Shown piece by piece: positions 1 to 10,737 of a stretch of DNA of 42,931 nt. Position numbers and translations under genes: made by a program. The stretch is from Escherichia phage 21. The notes beneath the pieces are model-generated. The model was not told where the DNA came from. It worked only from the letters and a program-made list of their open reading frames with translations, and made no database searches. The stretch's first letter is position 1. Every line of letters starts with the position of its first letter. The DNA lies in the sequence record OL657228.1; one strand, written 5' to 3'.

Positions 1-188
1 GGGCGGCGACCTCGCGGTTTTTCACTATTTATGAAAATTTTTCAGGGAAAATCGTGTCGGTACTTCTCGAATATAACTTTTTGTTTTTTTTAATATTGCA
101 TCCGTAAAGGTCCGACATGAAAGTGTCCGAAAATGCCTTTTTCTGGCGTTTTCATGTCGGGCCTTGTATTTGATAATGGGTTGTTTTC
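1..188. promoter_or_regulatory. cos: cos packaging site, left end (cosN cohesive end at 1-12, cosB region upstream of Nu1)
   Basis: Window starts with GGGCGGCGACCT, the lambda left cohesive end as I recall it, directly upstream of the terminase small subunit gene; window ends with ...CAGGTTACG like the lambda right end. Confidence 0.8.
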
Positions 189-737
189 ATGAAGGTTAAT
201 AAAAAGAGGCTTGCCGAAATTTTCAACGTGGACCCGCGGACGATTGAACGCTGGCAGTCTCAGGGACTCCCTTGCGCCTCCAAAGGTAGTAAGGGCATTG
301 AATCTGTATTTGATACTGCCATGGCAATTCAGTGGTATGCGCAGAGGGAAACTGATATCGAAAACGAAAAGCTCCGCAAAGAACTGGACGATTTGCGTGC
401 GGCAGCGGAGTCAGATTTACAACCCGGCACCATTGACTATGAACGCTACCGGCTCACAAAAGCGCAGGCAGATGCGCAGGAACTGAAAAATGCCCGTGAA
501 GACGGAGTAGTGCTGGAAACTGAACTGTTTACCTTCATTCTGCAACGTGTGGCACAGGAGATTTCGGGGATACTTGTGCGTGTGCCGTTGACATTACAGC
601 GTAAATATCCGGACATTTCACCATCACACCTTGATGTGGTGAAAACTGAAATCGCGAAAGCCTCCAATGTTGCAGCTAAGGCCGGTGAAAACGTGGGCGG
701 GTGGATCGATGATTTCAGACGCGCAGAAGGCAGCTAA
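189..737 (+). CDS. nu1: terminase small subunit (Nu1-like, phage-21 gp1-like)
   Basis: 182 aa; N-terminal [12 protein letters not shown]...RTIERWQ HTH and ENEKLRKE...[27 protein letters not shown] align with recalled lambda Nu1 but are clearly diverged; first gene after cos. Confidence 0.9.
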
Positions 738-2637
738 TGCAGCCGGTGCGATAGCTACAGGGCTTTTATCTCTCATTATTCCTGTTCCACTGACGACAGT
801 TCAGTGGGCCAATAAACATTATTACCTTCCTAAAGAGTCGTCTTATACCCCGGGGCGATGGGAAACACTGCCGTTTCAGGTTGGCATCATGAACTGTATG
901 GGCAACGATCTGATTCGCACGGTTAACCTGATTAAATCTGCCCGTGTTGGTTATACAAAGATGTTGCTGGGAGTGGAGGCTTATTTTATTGAGCATAAAT
1001 CACGCAACAGCCTTCTTTTTCAGCCCACGGACTCAGCTGCTGAAGATTTTATGAAATCTCATGTTGAGCCAACGATAAGGGATGTTCCTGCATTGCTGGA
1101 GCTGGCTCCATGGTTCGGAAGAAAACACCGCGATAATACGCTCACCCTGAAGCGTTTTTCCTCCGGTGTGGGGTTCTGGTGTCTGGGTGGTGCGGCAGCA
1201 AAAAACTACCGTGAAAAATCCGTGGATGTGGTCTGTTATGACGAGCTTTCCTCGTTCGAACCGGATGTTGAAAAAGAGGGTTCGCCAACCCTGCTGGGGG
1301 ATAAACGTATTGAGGGCTCTGTATGGCCAAAATCCATTCGCGGCTCGACGCCTAAAATCAAAGGCTCCTGCCAGATCGAAAAAGCCGCTAACGAGTCGGC
1401 ACACTTCATGCGTTTTTATGTGCCCTGTCCGCACTGTGGGGAGGAGCAGTATCTGAAATTTGGCGATGATGCCTCGCCTTTCGGTCTTAAGTGGGAGAAG
1501 AATAAGCCAGAAAGTGTTTTCTACCTTTGTGAGCATCATGGCTGTGTGATCCATCAGTCTGAGCTTGACCAGAGTAACGGGCGGTGGATCTGTGAAAACA
1601 CGGGCATGTGGACCCGTGACGGCCTGATGTTTTTCAGCGCCCGGGGTGATGAAATTCCGCCGCCGCGCTCCATCACTTTCCATATCTGGACGGCGTACAG
1701 TCCGTTCACCACCTGGGTACAGATTGTCTATGACTGGCTGGATGCACTGAAAGATCCCAACGGCCTGAAAACCTTTGTGAACACCACGCTGGGCGAGACC
1801 TGGGAAGAGGCTGTGGGCGAAAAACTCGATCACCAGGTGCTGATGGATAAGGTTGTGCGTTACACGGCGGCGGTGCCTGCCCGGGTGGTTTATCTGACGG
1901 CGGGCATTGACTCGCAGCGAAACCGTTTTGAGATGTATGTCTGGGGATGGGCTCCGGGAGAGGAAGCCTTTCTGGTGGATAAAATCATCATTATGGGGCG
2001 TCCCGATGAGGAAGAGACGCTGTTACGTGTGGATGCGGCGATCAACAAAAAATACCGCCATGCAGACGGAACCGAAATGACCATTTCCCGTGTCTGCTGG
2101 GACATCGGGGGGATCGATGGCGAAATCGTTTATCAGAGGTCAAAAAAACACGGTGTTTTCCGGGTGCTGCCGGTAAAAGGCGCATCTGTCTATGGCAAGC
2201 CGGTGATCACCATGCCAAAAACCCGCAATCAGCGGGGCGTGTATCTGTGTGAAGTGGGGACGGACACCGCAAAAGAAATTCTCTATGCCCGTATGAAAGC
2301 CGATCCCACGCCTGTGGATGAAGCCACGTCGTATGCTATCCGTTTTCCTGATGATCCGGAGATTTTTTCGCAGACAGAGGCGCAGCAACTGGTCGCGGAA
2401 GAGCTTGTGGAGAAGTGGGAAAAAGGAAAGATGCGTCTGCTGTGGGATAACAAAAAGCGGCGTAACGAAGCGCTGGACTGCCTGGTGTATGCCTACGCGG
2501 CATTACGTGTGTCCGTGCAACGCTGGCAGCTTGATCTGGCTGTACTGGCAAAATCCCGGGAAGAAGAGACGACCCGGCCAACCCTTAAAGAACTGGCAGC
2601 GAAGCTGTCCGGAGGAGTGAATGGTTACAGTCGCTGA
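709..2637 (+). CDS. A: terminase large subunit (gpA)
   Basis: Long ORF with strong similarity to lambda gpA throughout ([51 protein letters not shown]). Start set at the ATG at 709 (MISDAQK), overlapping the Nu1 3' end as in lambda; the ORF-track start at 667 is probably too early. Confidence 0.92.
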
Positions 2638-2827
2638 ACTGCAGGCGCTGCGTCAGGCGCGCCTTGATTTATTAACCGGTAAACGGGTGGTGTCTGTCCA
2701 GAAAGATGGTCGCAGAATTGAATATACGGCGGCTTCTCTGGATGAGCTTAACCGGGCGATCAATGATGCGGAGTCGGTACTGGGGACAACCCGGTGTCGC
2801 CGTCGTCCGCTGGGAGTGAGGTTATGA
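2621..2827 (+). CDS. W: head-tail joining protein W
   Basis: 68 aa; LTGKRVVSVQKDGRRIEYTAASLDELNRAI matches recalled lambda gpW; overlaps A stop. Confidence 0.88.
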   Translation: MVTVAELQALRQARLDLLTGKRVVSVQKDGRRIEYTAASLDELNRAINDAESVLGTTRCRRRPLGVRL

Positions 2828-4416
2828 AACGAACGCCTGTCCTGATTGATGTGAACGGCGTTCCGCTTCGTGAGAGTCTCAGCTACAACGGGGGCGGTGC
2901 AGGATTTGGCGGGCAAATGGCTGAGTGGTTGCCACCGGCGCAGAGTGCCGATGCGGCCCTGCTGCCCGCGTTGCGTCTGGGGAATGCCCGGGCAGATGAT
3001 CTGGTGCGCAATAACGGAATAGCGGCTAATGCGGTGGCTCTGCATAAGGATCACATTGTCGGGCATATGTTTCTGATCAGCTACCGTCCGAACTGGCGCT
3101 GGCTGGGGATGCGGGAGACCGCAGCAAAAAGCTTTGTCGATGAGGTGGAGGCGGCCTGGTCGGAATACGCCGAAGGGATGTTTGGCGAGATCGACGTGGA
3201 AGGAAAACGCACGTTCACGGAATTTATCCGTGAAGGTGTGGGCGTTCATGCGTTTAACGGCGAAATCTTTGTGCAGCCGGTCTGGGATACGGAAACCACG
3301 CAGTTATTCCGTACGCGTTTTAAAGCCGTGAGTCCGAAACGGGTGGACACGCCTGGACACGGTATGGGGAACCGTTTTCTGCGGGCCGGTGTGGAGGTCG
3401 ATCGATATGGCCGTGCCGTCGCGTACCATATCTGTGAGGATGATTTTCCGTTCTCTGGTAGTGGACGATGGGAACGGATCCCGCGTGAACTTCCCACCGG
3501 GCGTCCGGCCATGCTGCATATTTTCGAGCCGGTGGAGGACGGGCAGACCCGTGGGGCTAATCAGTTTTACAGCGTCATGGAACGGCTGAAGATGCTCGAT
3601 TCCCTGCAGGCAACACAGCTTCAGTCGGCCATAGTGAAGGCGATGTATGCAGCGACGATTGAAAGTGAACTTGATACCGAAAAGGCCTTTGAATATATCG
3701 CCGGCGCGCCACAGGAGCAGAAGGATAATCCGCTTATTAATATTCTGGAGAAGTTTTCCAGCTGGTATGACACGAATAACGTGACACTGGGCGGTGTCAA
3801 AATTCCGCACCTTTTCCCTGGTGATGATCTGAAACTACAGACTGCGCAGGATTCAGACAATGGATTTTCTGCGCTTGAACAGGCGCTGCTGCGGTATATC
3901 GCCGCCGGTCTTGGCGTTTCCTACGAACAGTTGTCCCGTGATTACTCGAAGGTCAGTTACTCAAGTGCCCGCGCCTCCGCCAATGAGTCGTGGCGCTATT
4001 TTATGGGGCGGCGAAAATTTATTGCGGCCCGGCTGGCCACGCAGATGTTTTCCTGCTGGCTGGAAGAGGCACTTCTTCGGGGGATTATTCGTCCGCCACG
4101 GGCACGTTTTGATTTTTATCAGGCGCGATCAGCCTGGTCACGGGCAGAGTGGATTGGTGCCGGAAGAATGGCCATTGACGGGCTCAAGGAAGTCCAGGAA
4201 TCAGTGATGCGCATTGAGGCCGGACTGAGCACGTATGAGAAAGAGCTGGCGCTGATGGGCGAGGATTATCAGGACATTTTCCGCCAGCAGGTCAGGGAAT
4301 CTGCTGAGCGGCAAAAAGCCGGACTCTCACGTCCGGTGTGGATAGAGCAGGCGTATCAGCAGCAGATAGCGGAGAGTCGTAGGCCGGAAGAGGAGACAAC
4401 ACCACGTGAGACGTAA
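2824..4416 (+). CDS. B: portal protein (gpB)
   Basis: Start at MKRTPVLID (ORF-track start +30 nt); high similarity to lambda gpB (FEPVEDGQTRGAN.FYSVME, QTAQDSDNGFSALEQALLRYIAAGLGVSYEQLSR). Confidence 0.92.
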   Translation: MKRTPVLIDVNGVPLRESLSYNGGGAGFGGQMAEWLPPAQSADAALLPALRLGNARADDLVRNNGIAANAVALHKDHIVGHMFLISYRPNWRWLGMRETAAKSFVDEVEAAWSEYAEGMFGEIDVEGKRTFTEFIREGVGVHAFNGEIFVQPVWDTETTQLFRTRFKAVSPKRVDTPGHGMGNRFLRAGVEVDRYGRAVAYHICEDDFPFSGSGRWERIPRELPTGRPAMLHIFEPVEDGQTRGANQFYSVMERLKMLDSLQATQLQSAIVKAMYAATIESELDTEKAFEYIAGAPQEQKDNPLINILEKFSSWYDTNNVTLGGVKIPHLFPGDDLKLQTAQDSDNGFSALEQALLRYIAAGLGVSYEQLSRDYSKVSYSSARASANESWRYFMGRRKFIAARLATQMFSCWLEEALLRGIIRPPRARFDFYQARSAWSRAEWIGAGRMAIDGLKEVQESVMRIEAGLSTYEKELALMGEDYQDIFRQQVRESAERQKAGLSRPVWIEQAYQQQIAESRRPEEETTPRET

Positions 4417-5911
4417 TCTTTCACACATTATTGCCGCAGCATTCAATGAACCGCTGCTTCTGGAGCCCGCCTATGCGCGGGTTTTCTTTTGCGCGCTCGG
4501 GCGCGAGATGGGGGCAGCAAGTCTTTCGGTACCACAACAGCAGGTACAGTTTGATGCTCCCGGAATGCTGGCTGAAACGGACGAGTACATGGCCGGAGGT
4601 AAACGACCGGCCCGTGTTTACCGGGTGGTGAACGGTATTGCTGTACTGCCGGTGACCGGCACGCTGGTGCACCGGCTGGGTGGTATGCGGCCATTTTCCG
4701 GAATGACAGGCTATGACGGCATTGTCGCCTGTCTTCAGCAGGCAATGGCGGATAGCCAGGTGCGGGGCGTACTGCTGGACATTGACAGTCCGGGCGGGCA
4801 GGCCGCCGGCGCGTTTGACTGCGCTGACATGATTTACCGCCTCCGTCAGCAGAAGCCGGTCTGGGCACTGTGCAATGACACGGCCTGTTCTGCAGCCATG
4901 CTGCTGGCGTCGGCCTGCTCCCGACGGCTGGTTACCCAGACATCCCGTATCGGCTCCATTGGCGTGATGATGAGCCATGTCAGCTATGCCGGTCATCTGG
5001 CGCAGGCCGGTGTGGATATCACGCTGATTTACTCAGGGGCGCACAAGGTGGATGGCAATCAGTTTGAAGCGTTGCCGGCAGAGGTTCGCCAGGACATGCA
5101 GCAGCGGATTGATGCGGCGCGCCGGATGTTTGCCGAAAAAGTGGCGATGTATACCGGTCTGTCTGTTGATGCCGTCACGGGAACAGAGGCTGCCGTTTTT
5201 GAAGGTCAGTCCGGCATTGAGGCCGGGCTGGCGGATGAATTAATCAATGCGTCGGATGCCATCAGTGTGATGGCCACGGCGCTGAACAGTAATGTCAGAG
5301 GAGGCACTATGCCGCAATTAACTGCAACGGAAGCCGCCGCGCAGGAGAACCAGCGAGTGATGGGGATCCTGACATGCCAGGAAGCGAAAGGACGTGAACA
5401 GCTTGCCACGATGCTGGCAGGACAACAGGGCATGAGCGTTGAACAGGCCCGGGCGATTCTGGCCGCGGCGGCACCGCAGCAGCCGGTGGCATCCACGCAG
5501 AGTGAAGCCGATCGCATTATGGTGTGTGAAGAAGCGAACGGTCGTGAACAACTGGCGGCAACGCTGGCGGCGATGCCGGAGATGACGGTGGAAAAAGCCC
5601 GCCCGATCCTGGCTGCTTCACCGCAGGCGGATGCCGGACCATCACTCCGTGATCAGATCATGGCACTGGATGAGGCAAAAGGGGCTGAGGCGCAGGCTGA
5701 ACAGCTGGCTGCCTGCCCGGGAATGACAGTGGAGAGCGCCCGGGCTGTGCTGGCTGCGGGATCAGGTAAGGCAGAACCGGTCTCTGCATCCACAACCGCC
5801 ATGTTTGAACATTTCATGGCGAACCATTCACCGGCAGCGGTACAGGGTGGCGTGGCACAGACGTCAGCAGACGGTGATGCGGACGTGAAAATGCTCATGG
5901 CCATGCCATGA
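4406..5911 (+). CDS. C: head maturation protease C with nested in-frame scaffold (Nu3-like) C-terminal region
   Basis: 501 aa; N-terminal two-thirds align to lambda gpC (AFNEPLLLEPAYARVFF, SIGVMMSHVSYAG, ITLIYSGAHKVDGN). The C-terminal part carries three tandem copies of the motif present once in lambda (ILNCEEAHGREEQARVLAETPGMTV...). Nu3 internal start not placed. Confidence 0.88.
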   Translation: MRRNLSHIIAAAFNEPLLLEPAYARVFFCALGREMGAASLSVPQQQVQFDAPGMLAETDEYMAGGKRPARVYRVVNGIAVLPVTGTLVHRLGGMRPFSGMTGYDGIVACLQQAMADSQVRGVLLDIDSPGGQAAGAFDCADMIYRLRQQKPVWALCNDTACSAAMLLASACSRRLVTQTSRIGSIGVMMSHVSYAGHLAQAGVDITLIYSGAHKVDGNQFEALPAEVRQDMQQRIDAARRMFAEKVAMYTGLSVDAVTGTEAAVFEGQSGIEAGLADELINASDAISVMATALNSNVRGGTMPQLTATEAAAQENQRVMGILTCQEAKGREQLATMLAGQQGMSVEQARAILAAAAPQQPVASTQSEADRIMVCEEANGREQLAATLAAMPEMTVEKARPILAASPQADAGPSLRDQIMALDEAKGAEAQAEQLAACPGMTVESARAVLAAGSGKAEPVSASTTAMFEHFMANHSPAAVQGGVAQTSADGDADVKMLMAMP

Positions 5912-5947
5912 AGTCAGTGCTGACCATCAATAGGAGGTTTTTACAAT

Positions 5948-6295
5948 ATGGTGACGAAAACCATCACTGAACAGCGTGCGGAAGTACGTATTTTTGCCGG
6001 TAATGATCCGGCTCATACCGCCACAGGCAGCAGCGGGATTTCCTCGCCAACACCGGCACTGACGCCCCTGATGCTGGATGAAGCCACCGGGAAACTGGTG
6101 GTCTGGGACGGACAGAAAGCCGGTAGTGCGGTTGGCATACTGGTACTGCCGCTTGAAGGCACAGAGACGGCGCTGACGTATTACAAGTCGGGAACCTTTG
6201 CGACGGAGGCAATCCACTGGCCTGAAAGTGTGGATGAACACAAAAAGGCCAACGCCTTTGCTGGCAGTGCCCTGAGTCACGCGGCGCTGCCGTAA
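5948..6295 (+). CDS. D: capsid decoration protein D
   Basis: 115 aa; NDPAHTAT...TPLMLDE...GKLVVWDG...GILVLP...YKSGTF resembles lambda gpD. Confidence 0.88.
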   Translation: MVTKTITEQRAEVRIFAGNDPAHTATGSSGISSPTPALTPLMLDEATGKLVVWDGQKAGSAVGILVLPLEGTETALTYYKSGTFATEAIHWPESVDEHKKANAFAGSALSHAALP

Positions 6296-6352
6296 CACGT
6301 TATCAGGCCACCGCGGTGGCCTGACTGATTTCTGAATGAAAGGAACTGATTT

Positions 6353-7381
6353 ATGGGATTGTTTACGACCCGCCAGTTACTCGGTTATACCGAACAAAAA
6401 GTTAAATTTCGTGCGCTGTTTCTGGAGCTGTTTTTCCGCCGTACGGTGAATTTCCATACCGAAGAGGTGATGCTGGACAAAATTACCGGAAAAACGCCGG
6501 TGGCGGCCTATGTCTCCCCGGTTGTTGAAGGAAAAGTGCTGCGTCATCGTGGTGGTGAAACCCGCGTGTTGCGTCCGGGCTACGTCAAGCCGAAACACGA
6601 ATTTAATTACCAGCAGGCGGTTGAGCGCCTTCCTGGTGAAGATCCATCTCAACTGAATGATCCGGCTTACCGCCGTCTGCGTATCATTACCGATAACCTC
6701 AAACAGGAAGAGCACGCGATTGTCCAGGTGGAAGAAATGCAGGCGGTAAATGCTGTGTTGTATGGCAAATACACCATGGAAGGAGACCAGTTCGAGAAAA
6801 TTGAGGTCGATTTTGGCAGGTCGACGAAGAATAACATCACTCAGGGTAGTGGTAAGGAGTGGTCAAAACAGGATCGTGACACGTTCGATCCTACACATGA
6901 TATTGACCTCTACTGCGACCTGGCCAGCGGTCTTGTGAATATTGCCATTATGGACGGTACCGTCTGGCGTCTTCTGAATGGTTTTAAGCTGTTCCGCGAA
7001 AAACTGGATACCCGTCGCGGTTCAAATTCTCAACTCGAAACGGCAGTGAAAGATCTGGGCGCAGTGGTGTCCTTCAAGGGGTATTACGGCGATCTGGCCA
7101 TTGTGGTGGCGAAAACGTCTTATATAGCAGAAGACGGTATCGAAAAACGTTATCTTCCAGATGGCATGCTGGTTCTGGGGAATACTGCTGCAGATGGGAT
7201 CCGTTGTTACGGTGCCATTCAGGATGCTCAGGCGTTGTCCGAAGGTGTGGTGGCCTCTTCCCGTTATCCGAAACACTGGCTGACGGTAGGGGATCCCGCC
7301 CGTGAATTTACCATGACGCAGTCCGCGCCGCTGATGGTGTTGCCGGACCCGGATGAGTTTGTGGTGGTACAGGTGAAATAA
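6353..7381 (+). CDS. E: major capsid protein E
   Basis: 342 aa; strong similarity to lambda gpE (DTRRGSNS.LETAVKDLG, GDPAREFTMTQSAPLMVLPDPDEFVVVQ). Confidence 0.93.
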   Translation: MGLFTTRQLLGYTEQKVKFRALFLELFFRRTVNFHTEEVMLDKITGKTPVAAYVSPVVEGKVLRHRGGETRVLRPGYVKPKHEFNYQQAVERLPGEDPSQLNDPAYRRLRIITDNLKQEEHAIVQVEEMQAVNAVLYGKYTMEGDQFEKIEVDFGRSTKNNITQGSGKEWSKQDRDTFDPTHDIDLYCDLASGLVNIAIMDGTVWRLLNGFKLFREKLDTRRGSNSQLETAVKDLGAVVSFKGYYGDLAIVVAKTSYIAEDGIEKRYLPDGMLVLGNTAADGIRCYGAIQDAQALSEGVVASSRYPKHWLTVGDPAREFTMTQSAPLMVLPDPDEFVVVQVK

Positions 7382-7432
7382 TCCGTGAGCGGGGGCGAAA
7401 TGCCCCCGTGTCTTTTTTCACAGGGGGCTGAT

Positions 7433-7807
7433 ATGGCAACGAAAGAGCAAAATCTGAAACGGCTTGATGAACTGGCCCTGATTCTGGGGCGTGAGCCGGA
7501 TATATCCGGGAGTGCCGCAGAGATAGCGCAGCGGGTGGCAGAATGGGAAGAGGAAATGCAGTCATCCGGCGATGATGTACAGGTTATGAATATGGATATC
7601 CGGGAGCGGGAAACCGCGGCTCATGATGTTCGTGAGGAAACATCCGGCGCGTTAACGCGCATCAGAGTTCTGACCTGCCTCCATCTCTGTGGCGTTGATG
7701 GTGAAACGGGGGAATCCGTTGAGCTTGCGGATGTTGGTCGGGTGATTCTGATTATGTCCTCAGATGCAAAAACACACGTTGATGGTGGAATGGCTGTTTA
7801 TGCGTGA
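7433..7807 (+). CDS. FI: DNA-packaging protein FI
   Basis: Position between E and FII; start at MATKEQNLKRL with SD-like GGGGG upstream; acidic FI-like composition, weakly similar to lambda FI. Confidence 0.7.
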   Translation: MATKEQNLKRLDELALILGREPDISGSAAEIAQRVAEWEEEMQSSGDDVQVMNMDIRERETAAHDVREETSGALTRIRVLTCLHLCGVDGETGESVELADVGRVILIMSSDAKTHVDGGMAVYA

Positions 7808-8153
7808 TTTTCAGAATGCCTTTGATGCCGCCCTTGCCGGGGTGGACAGTACGATTGTTGAAGTGATGGGCATCAGTGCGCAGTTCACCTCCGGTGCACA
7901 GCGTGGCGGCGAGGTTCATGGCGTTTTTGACGATCCGGAGTCGCTGGGTTTTGCCAGTAGTGGGATCCGTATTGAAGGAAGTAACCCGTCATTATTTGTG
8001 CTTACGGATACGGTTTGTGCTGTACGGCGTGGTGACACGCTGACCATTAACGGCGAGATGTTCTGGGTGGACCGTGTTTCTCCGGATGACGGAGGGAGTT
8101 GTTATCTCTGGCTCAACCGGGGGCAACCACCTGCCGCCAGCCGTCGCCGCTGA
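7800..8153 (+). CDS. FII: head-tail joining protein FII
   Basis: Start MRDFQNAFDAA; GVFDDPES...RIEGSNPSLFV..RRGDTLTI....FWVDRVSPDDGGSCYLWL matches lambda gpFII closely. Confidence 0.9.
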   Translation: MRDFQNAFDAALAGVDSTIVEVMGISAQFTSGAQRGGEVHGVFDDPESLGFASSGIRIEGSNPSLFVLTDTVCAVRRGDTLTINGEMFWVDRVSPDDGGSCYLWLNRGQPPAASRRR

Positions 8154-8164
8154 AAGGGGGATGT

Positions 8165-8743
8165 ATGGCCATAAAAGGTCTTGAGCAGGCCGTTGAAAAC
8201 CTCAGCCGTATCAGCAAAACGGCAGTGCCTGGTGCCGCCGCAATGGCCATTAACCGCGTTGCTTCATCCGCGATATCGCAGTCGGCGTCACTGGTTGCCC
8301 GTGAGACAAAGGTACGCCGGAAACTGGTAAAGGAAAGGGCCAGGCTGAAAAGGGCCACGGTCAAAAATCCGCAGGCCAGAATCAAAGTTAACCGGGGGGA
8401 TTTGCCCGTAATCAGGCTGGGTAACGCGCGGGTTGTCCTGTCCCGACGCCGGCGTCGTAAAAAGGGGCAGCGTTCATCCCTGAAAGGTGGCGGCAGCGTG
8501 CTTGTGGTGGGAAACCGTCGTATTCCCGGCGCGTTTATTCAGCAACTGAAAAATGGCCGGTGGCATGTCATGCAGCGTGTGGCCGGGAAAAACCGTTACC
8601 CCATTGATGTGGTGAAAATCCCGATGGCGGTGCCGCTGACCACGGCGTTTAAACAGAATATTGAGCGGATACGGCGTGAGCGTCTTCCGAAAGAGCTGGG
8701 CTATGCGCTGCAGCATCAACTGAGAATGGTAATAAAGCGATGA
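8165..8743 (+). CDS. Z: tail completion protein Z
   Basis: Start MAIKGLEQAVENLSRISK; essentially identical to lambda gpZ as recalled. Confidence 0.93.
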   Translation: MAIKGLEQAVENLSRISKTAVPGAAAMAINRVASSAISQSASLVARETKVRRKLVKERARLKRATVKNPQARIKVNRGDLPVIRLGNARVVLSRRRRRKKGQRSSLKGGGSVLVVGNRRIPGAFIQQLKNGRWHVMQRVAGKNRYPIDVVKIPMAVPLTTAFKQNIERIRRERLPKELGYALQHQLRMVIKR

Positions 8744-9135
8744 AACATACTGAACTCCGTGCAGCCGTACTGGATGCACTGGAGAAGCATGACACCGGGG
8801 CGACGCTTTTTGATGGTCGCCCTGCTGTTTTTGATGAGGAAGATTTTCCGGCAATTGCCGTTTATCTCACCGGCGCTGAATACACGGGCGAAGAGCTGGA
8901 CAGCGATACCTGGCAGGCGGAGCTGCATATTGAAGTTTTCCTGCCTGCTCAGGTGCCGGATTCAGAGCTGGATTCGTGGATGGAGTCCCGGATTTATCCG
9001 GTGATGAGCGATATCCCGGCACTGTCAGATTTGATCACCAGTATGGTGGCCAGTGGCTATGACTACCGGCGCGACGATGATGCGGGCCTGTGGAGTTCAG
9101 CCGATCTGACTTATGTCATTACCTATGAAATGTGA
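8740..9135 (+). CDS. U: tail terminator protein U
   Basis: 131 aa, [22 protein letters not shown]..., near-identical to lambda gpU. Confidence 0.94.
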   Translation: MKHTELRAAVLDALEKHDTGATLFDGRPAVFDEEDFPAIAVYLTGAEYTGEELDSDTWQAELHIEVFLPAQVPDSELDSWMESRIYPVMSDIPALSDLITSMVASGYDYRRDDDAGLWSSADLTYVITYEM

Positions 9136-9142
9136 GGACGAT

Positions 9143-9883
9143 ATGCCAACACCAAATCCTCTGGCACCGGTGAAAGGGGCCGGGACCACACTGTGGGTTT
9201 ATAACGGGAGCGGCGACCCTTATGCAAACCCGCTTTCAGACAATGACTGGTCGCGTCTGGCAAAAATTAAAGACCTGACGCCCGGCGAACTGACCGCTGA
9301 GTCCTATGACGACAGTTATCTCGATGATGAAGATGCGGACTGGACCGCGACCGGGCAGGGGCAGAAATCCGCCGGAGATACCAGCTTCACGCTGGCGTGG
9401 ATGCCCGGAGAGCAGGGGCAGCAGGCGCTGCTGGCGTGGTTTAATGAAGGTGATACCCGTGCCTATAAAATCCGCTTCCCGAACGGCACGGTCGATGTGT
9501 TCCGTGGCTGGGTCAGCAGTATCGGTAAGGCGGTGACGGCGAAGGAAGTGATCACCCGTACGGTGAAGGTCACCAATGTGGGCCGTCCGTCAATGGCAGA
9601 AGATCGCAGTACGGTGACGGCGGCAACCGGTATGACCGTGACGCCTGCCAGCTCCTCGGTGGTGAAAGGGCAGAGCACCACGCTGACCGTGGCCTTCCAG
9701 CCGGAGGGCGCAACTGACAAGAGCTTCCGTGCGGTGTCAGCGGATAAAACAAAAGCCACCGTGTCGGTCAGTGGTATGACCATCACCGTGAACGGCGTTG
9801 CTGCAGGCAAGGTCAACATTCCGGTTGTATCCGGTAATGGTGAACTTGCTGCGGTTGCAGAAATCACTGTCACCGACAGTTAA
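9143..9883 (+). CDS. V: major tail tube protein V
   Basis: Start [20 protein letters not shown]; near-identical to lambda gpV including the C-terminal Ig-like domain. Confidence 0.94.
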   Translation: MPTPNPLAPVKGAGTTLWVYNGSGDPYANPLSDNDWSRLAKIKDLTPGELTAESYDDSYLDDEDADWTATGQGQKSAGDTSFTLAWMPGEQGQQALLAWFNEGDTRAYKIRFPNGTVDVFRGWVSSIGKAVTAKEVITRTVKVTNVGRPSMAEDRSTVTAATGMTVTPASSSVVKGQSTTLTVAFQPEGATDKSFRAVSADKTKATVSVSGMTITVNGVAAGKVNIPVVSGNGELAAVAEITVTDS

Positions 9884-9898
9884 TCCGGAGAGTCAGCG

Positions 9899-10321
9899 AT
9901 GTTCCTGAAAACCGAATCATTTGAACATAACGGCGTGACCGTCACGCTTTCTGAACTGTCAGCCCTGCAGCGTATTGAGCATCTCGCCCTGATGAAACAG
10001 CAGGCAGAACAGGCGGAGTCAGACAGCAACCGGCAGGTTACTGTGGAAGACGCCATCAGAACCGGTGCTTTTGTGGTGGCGATGTCCCTGTGGCATAACC
10101 ATCCGCAGAAGACAAAGCAGCCTTCCATGAATGAAGCCGTTAAACAGATTGAGCAGGAAGTGCTTACCACCTGGCCCGCGGAGGCAATTTCTCATGCTGA
10201 AAACGTGGTGTACCGGCTGTCCGGTATGTATGGGTTTGTGGTGAATGATGCCCCTGACCAGGCAGAGGACTCCGGGCCTGCAGAGCCTGTTTCTGCGGGA
10301 AAGTGTTCGACGGTGAGCTGA
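9899..10321 (+). CDS. G: tail assembly chaperone G
   Basis: 140 aa, MFLKTESFEHNGVTVTLSELSALQRIEHLALMK..., near-identical to lambda gpG. Confidence 0.93.
   Translation: MFLKTESFEHNGVTVTLSELSALQRIEHLALMKQQAEQAESDSNRQVTVEDAIRTGAFVVAMSLWHNHPQKTKQPSMNEAVKQIEQEVLTTWPAEAISHAENVVYRLSGMYGFVVNDAPDQAEDSGPAEPVSAGKCSTVS
10297..10303 (+). promoter_or_regulatory. programmed -1 ribosomal frameshift slippery heptamer GGGAAAG (G to G-T)
   Basis: GGGAAAG sits at the end of G where the overlapping T frame (ORF 10303..10737) begins; this is the established lambda G/G-T frameshift site. Confidence 0.85.
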
Positions 10322-10737
10322 GTTTTGCCCTGAAACTGGCGCGAGAGATGGGGCGACCTGACTGGCGCGCCATGCTTGCCGGGATGTCATCCACGGAGTA
10401 TGCCGACTGGCACCGCTTTTACAGTACCCATTATTTTCATGATGTTCTGCTGGATATGCACTTTTCCGGGCTGACGTACACTGTGCTCAGCCTGTTTTTC
10501 AGCGATCCGGATATGCATCCGCTGGATTTCAGTTTGCTGAACCGGCGTGAGGATGACGAAGAGCCTGAAGATGATGTGCTGATGCAGAAAGCGGCAGGGC
10601 TTACCGGAGGCGTCCGCTTTGACCCGGACGGAAATGAAGTTATCCCCGCTTCCCCGGATATGGCGGGCATGACGGAGGATGACGTAATGCTGATGACAGT
10701 ATCAGAAGGGATCGCAGGAGGAGTCCGGTATGGCTGA
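10303..10737 (+). CDS. T: T-frame portion of the G-T tail assembly chaperone fusion (made by -1 frameshift from G)
   Basis: ORF in the -1 frame relative to G, lacking an independent start context; sequence resembles lambda gpT; located just upstream of the tape-measure gene. Confidence 0.85.
   Translation: MFDGELSFALKLAREMGRPDWRAMLAGMSSTEYADWHRFYSTHYFHDVLLDMHFSGLTYTVLSLFFSDPDMHPLDFSLLNRREDDEEPEDDVLMQKAAGLTGGVRFDPDGNEVIPASPDMAGMTEDDVMLMTVSEGIAGGVRYG

Noticed and set aside
1033-1833. 266-aa minus-strand ORF inside terminase A, and similar antisense ORFs inside H (11288..12900), B, C and E
   Set aside because: Antisense to strongly supported structural genes, low-complexity translations, no RBS; treated as frame artefacts.
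10303-10737. T ORF as an independent gene
   Set aside because: No independent start or RBS; established biology is expression only as a G-T fusion via the GGGAAAG slippery site, so it is described as a frameshift product rather than a separate gene.
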